Positions 63,115 through 64,000 of a stretch of 64,000 bases of DNA are shown here, piece after piece. Numbering within the stretch: position 1 is the first letter of the stretch; the number at the start of each line of letters is the position of its first letter. The notes under the pieces were generated by a model. It searched no databases. It saw nothing but the letters and a program-made list of their open reading frames with translations, and had not been told where the DNA came from. The DNA is from an uncultured Candidatus Saccharibacteria bacterium (GTDB lineage Bacteria > Patescibacteriota > Saccharimonadia > Saccharimonadales > CAIOMD01): NCBI GenBank assembly GCA_964566135.1, contig CAZMHM010000003.1, positions 79,856 to 143,855 on the forward strand, read 5' to 3'. The position numbers and the translations under genes are program-made.

Positions 63115-64000
63115 TCCAAAAGGCCCGAAAATAGTCATGATTGGTGGTGGAACGGGTAGTTTTACGCTGCTCAAAGAACTCAAGAACTACGCGCAAGATA
63201 TTACTGCGCTTGTAACAATGGCAGATGATGGTGGTTCTACGGGACAGCTAAGGGACGAATACGGCGTGTTACCTCCGGGTGATATCCGACAATGCCTTGT
63301 CGCGCTATCCAATTCGACTGCACAAATGCGCAATTTGTTTAACTACCGTTTTGGCGAAGGAAGCTTTGAAGGCCATAGCTTTGGTAACTTGTTTTTGACA
63401 GCAGTTGAAAAAATGACTGATGACTTTGGCCAGGCCGTAAAACTTGCCGGCGAAGTTCTTAATATTACTGGTCGAGTAATCCCGATTACCCTAGACAATA
63501 CACATCTTGTGATGCTTGATGGTAAGAAGGAAATGCTTGGAGAATATCAAATAGGTCACACCCGTTTTACTGGCAAACAACGTCCTGATTTTCGCCTTGA
63601 GCCTTTTGCATGGATAAACCCAGAAGCAAAAGACGCCATACTGGGCGCTGATATGGTGGTTATTGCCCCCGGCAACTTTTATGGATCACTCGTGCCGGCA
63701 ATTATAGTAGACGGAGTTGCAGAAGCATTACAGAAGACCGATGCAAAAGTAGTACAAGTAATTAATCTTGTGACTAAGCCAGGGCAAACGGATGGCTGGA
63801 AGGTAACAGATTATGTAAATGAACTCGAGCGATTTGCGGGCAGGGGTGTTGTTGACTATGCACTGTACAACACCGAGAAGCCAACGCCCGAGATGCTCAA
63901 GCAGTATGCCGCTGATGGCGAGTATCCAGTTGGCCATAAAGCATCTGATTTAAAAAAGGCGCATTATCGTGCGATTGGCAAAGATTTAGTTAGCAAAGAA
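63101..64000 (+). CDS. YvcK/CofD-like (UPF0052, gluconeogenesis factor family) protein, 3' end outside the window
   Basis: MKMSSPKGPKIVMIGGGTGS...MADDGGSTGQLRDEYGVLPPGDIRQC matches the family. The frame is open from ATG 63101 to the window end, and no ORF-track entry covers it. It overlaps the GH1 stop by 14 nt. Confidence 0.85.
   Translation, partial: MKMSSPKGPKIVMIGGGTGSFTLLKELKNYAQDITALVTMADDGGSTGQLRDEYGVLPPGDIRQCLVALSNSTAQMRNLFNYRFGEGSFEGHSFGNLFLTAVEKMTDDFGQAVKLAGEVLNITGRVIPITLDNTHLVMLDGKKEMLGEYQIGHTRFTGKQRPDFRLEPFAWINPEAKDAILGADMVVIAPGNFYGSLVPAIIVDGVAEALQKTDAKVVQVINLVTKPGQTDGWKVTDYVNELERFAGRGVVDYALYNTEKPTPEMLKQYAADGEYPVGHKASDLKKAHYRAIGKDLVSKE

Noticed and set aside
63728-63937. The minus-strand 69-aa ORF near the right edge
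   Set aside because: It lies entirely inside the well-supported YvcK/CofD-like CDS (63101 to the window end), for which the track has no entry.
1-64000. An alternative genetic code (UGA as a sense codon, as in some candidate phyla)
   Set aside because: Many well-recognised genes end at TGA at the expected length (parA 2506-2508, the giant surface protein 13746-13748, the NOX-like gene 23411-23413). RF2, which reads UGA, is intact.
1-64000. tRNA or rRNA genes, CRISPR arrays, IS elements, integrases and prophage blocks
   Set aside because: Every intergenic gap is at most about 176 nt, and none contains T-loop-like GGTTCGAA motifs. There are no regularly spaced direct repeats. No ORF has transposase, integrase or recombinase motifs.

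Overview
The window is gene-dense: about 66 CDS, almost all on the + strand, with short intergenic gaps and many ATGA or TAATG overlaps. Most of it is housekeeping. It includes parA-parB, lepB, prfA-prmC, rpmE, rpsB-tsf-frr-uppS-rseP, proS, greA, lysS, serS, hpf, secA, prfB, ftsEX, xseAB, recO, glyQS, def and rpmA. I saw no rRNA, tRNA, CRISPR array, transposase or integrase.

The content suggests a reduced-genome bacterium using the standard code. Both RF1 and RF2 are present, TGA is used as a stop, EF-Ts and ProRS are short forms, and pyrH, cdsA and dxr are missing from an otherwise conserved cluster. Large Ig/beta-helix surface proteins are also present. My best guess is Patescibacteria/CPR, possibly Saccharibacteria-like, but this is inference only.

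The main observations worth a second look are:
- A -10 hexamer sits 6-8 nt upstream of the start codon at 17 genes, which suggests many leaderless mRNAs.
- A translationally coupled NOX/ferric-reductase-like flavocytochrome is followed by a membrane-anchored extracytoplasmic cytochrome b5-like protein (22031-24991).
- Five unrecognisable small acidic proteins are coupled around an AlkD-like glycosylase (57198-60516).
- A degenerate kinase-like protein is paired with a receiver whose phospho-acceptor Asp is replaced by Glu (49622-50739).
- An FHA protein sits in its own transcription unit, bounded by a terminator on each side (43109-44409).
- Two large surface proteins are present, one of them a 52-aa tandem-repeat fibre cut by the left edge.
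- A 59-codon gene lies just below the 60-aa floor of the ORF track (27845-28024).

All functional calls rest on motif recognition by eye. No searches were run.
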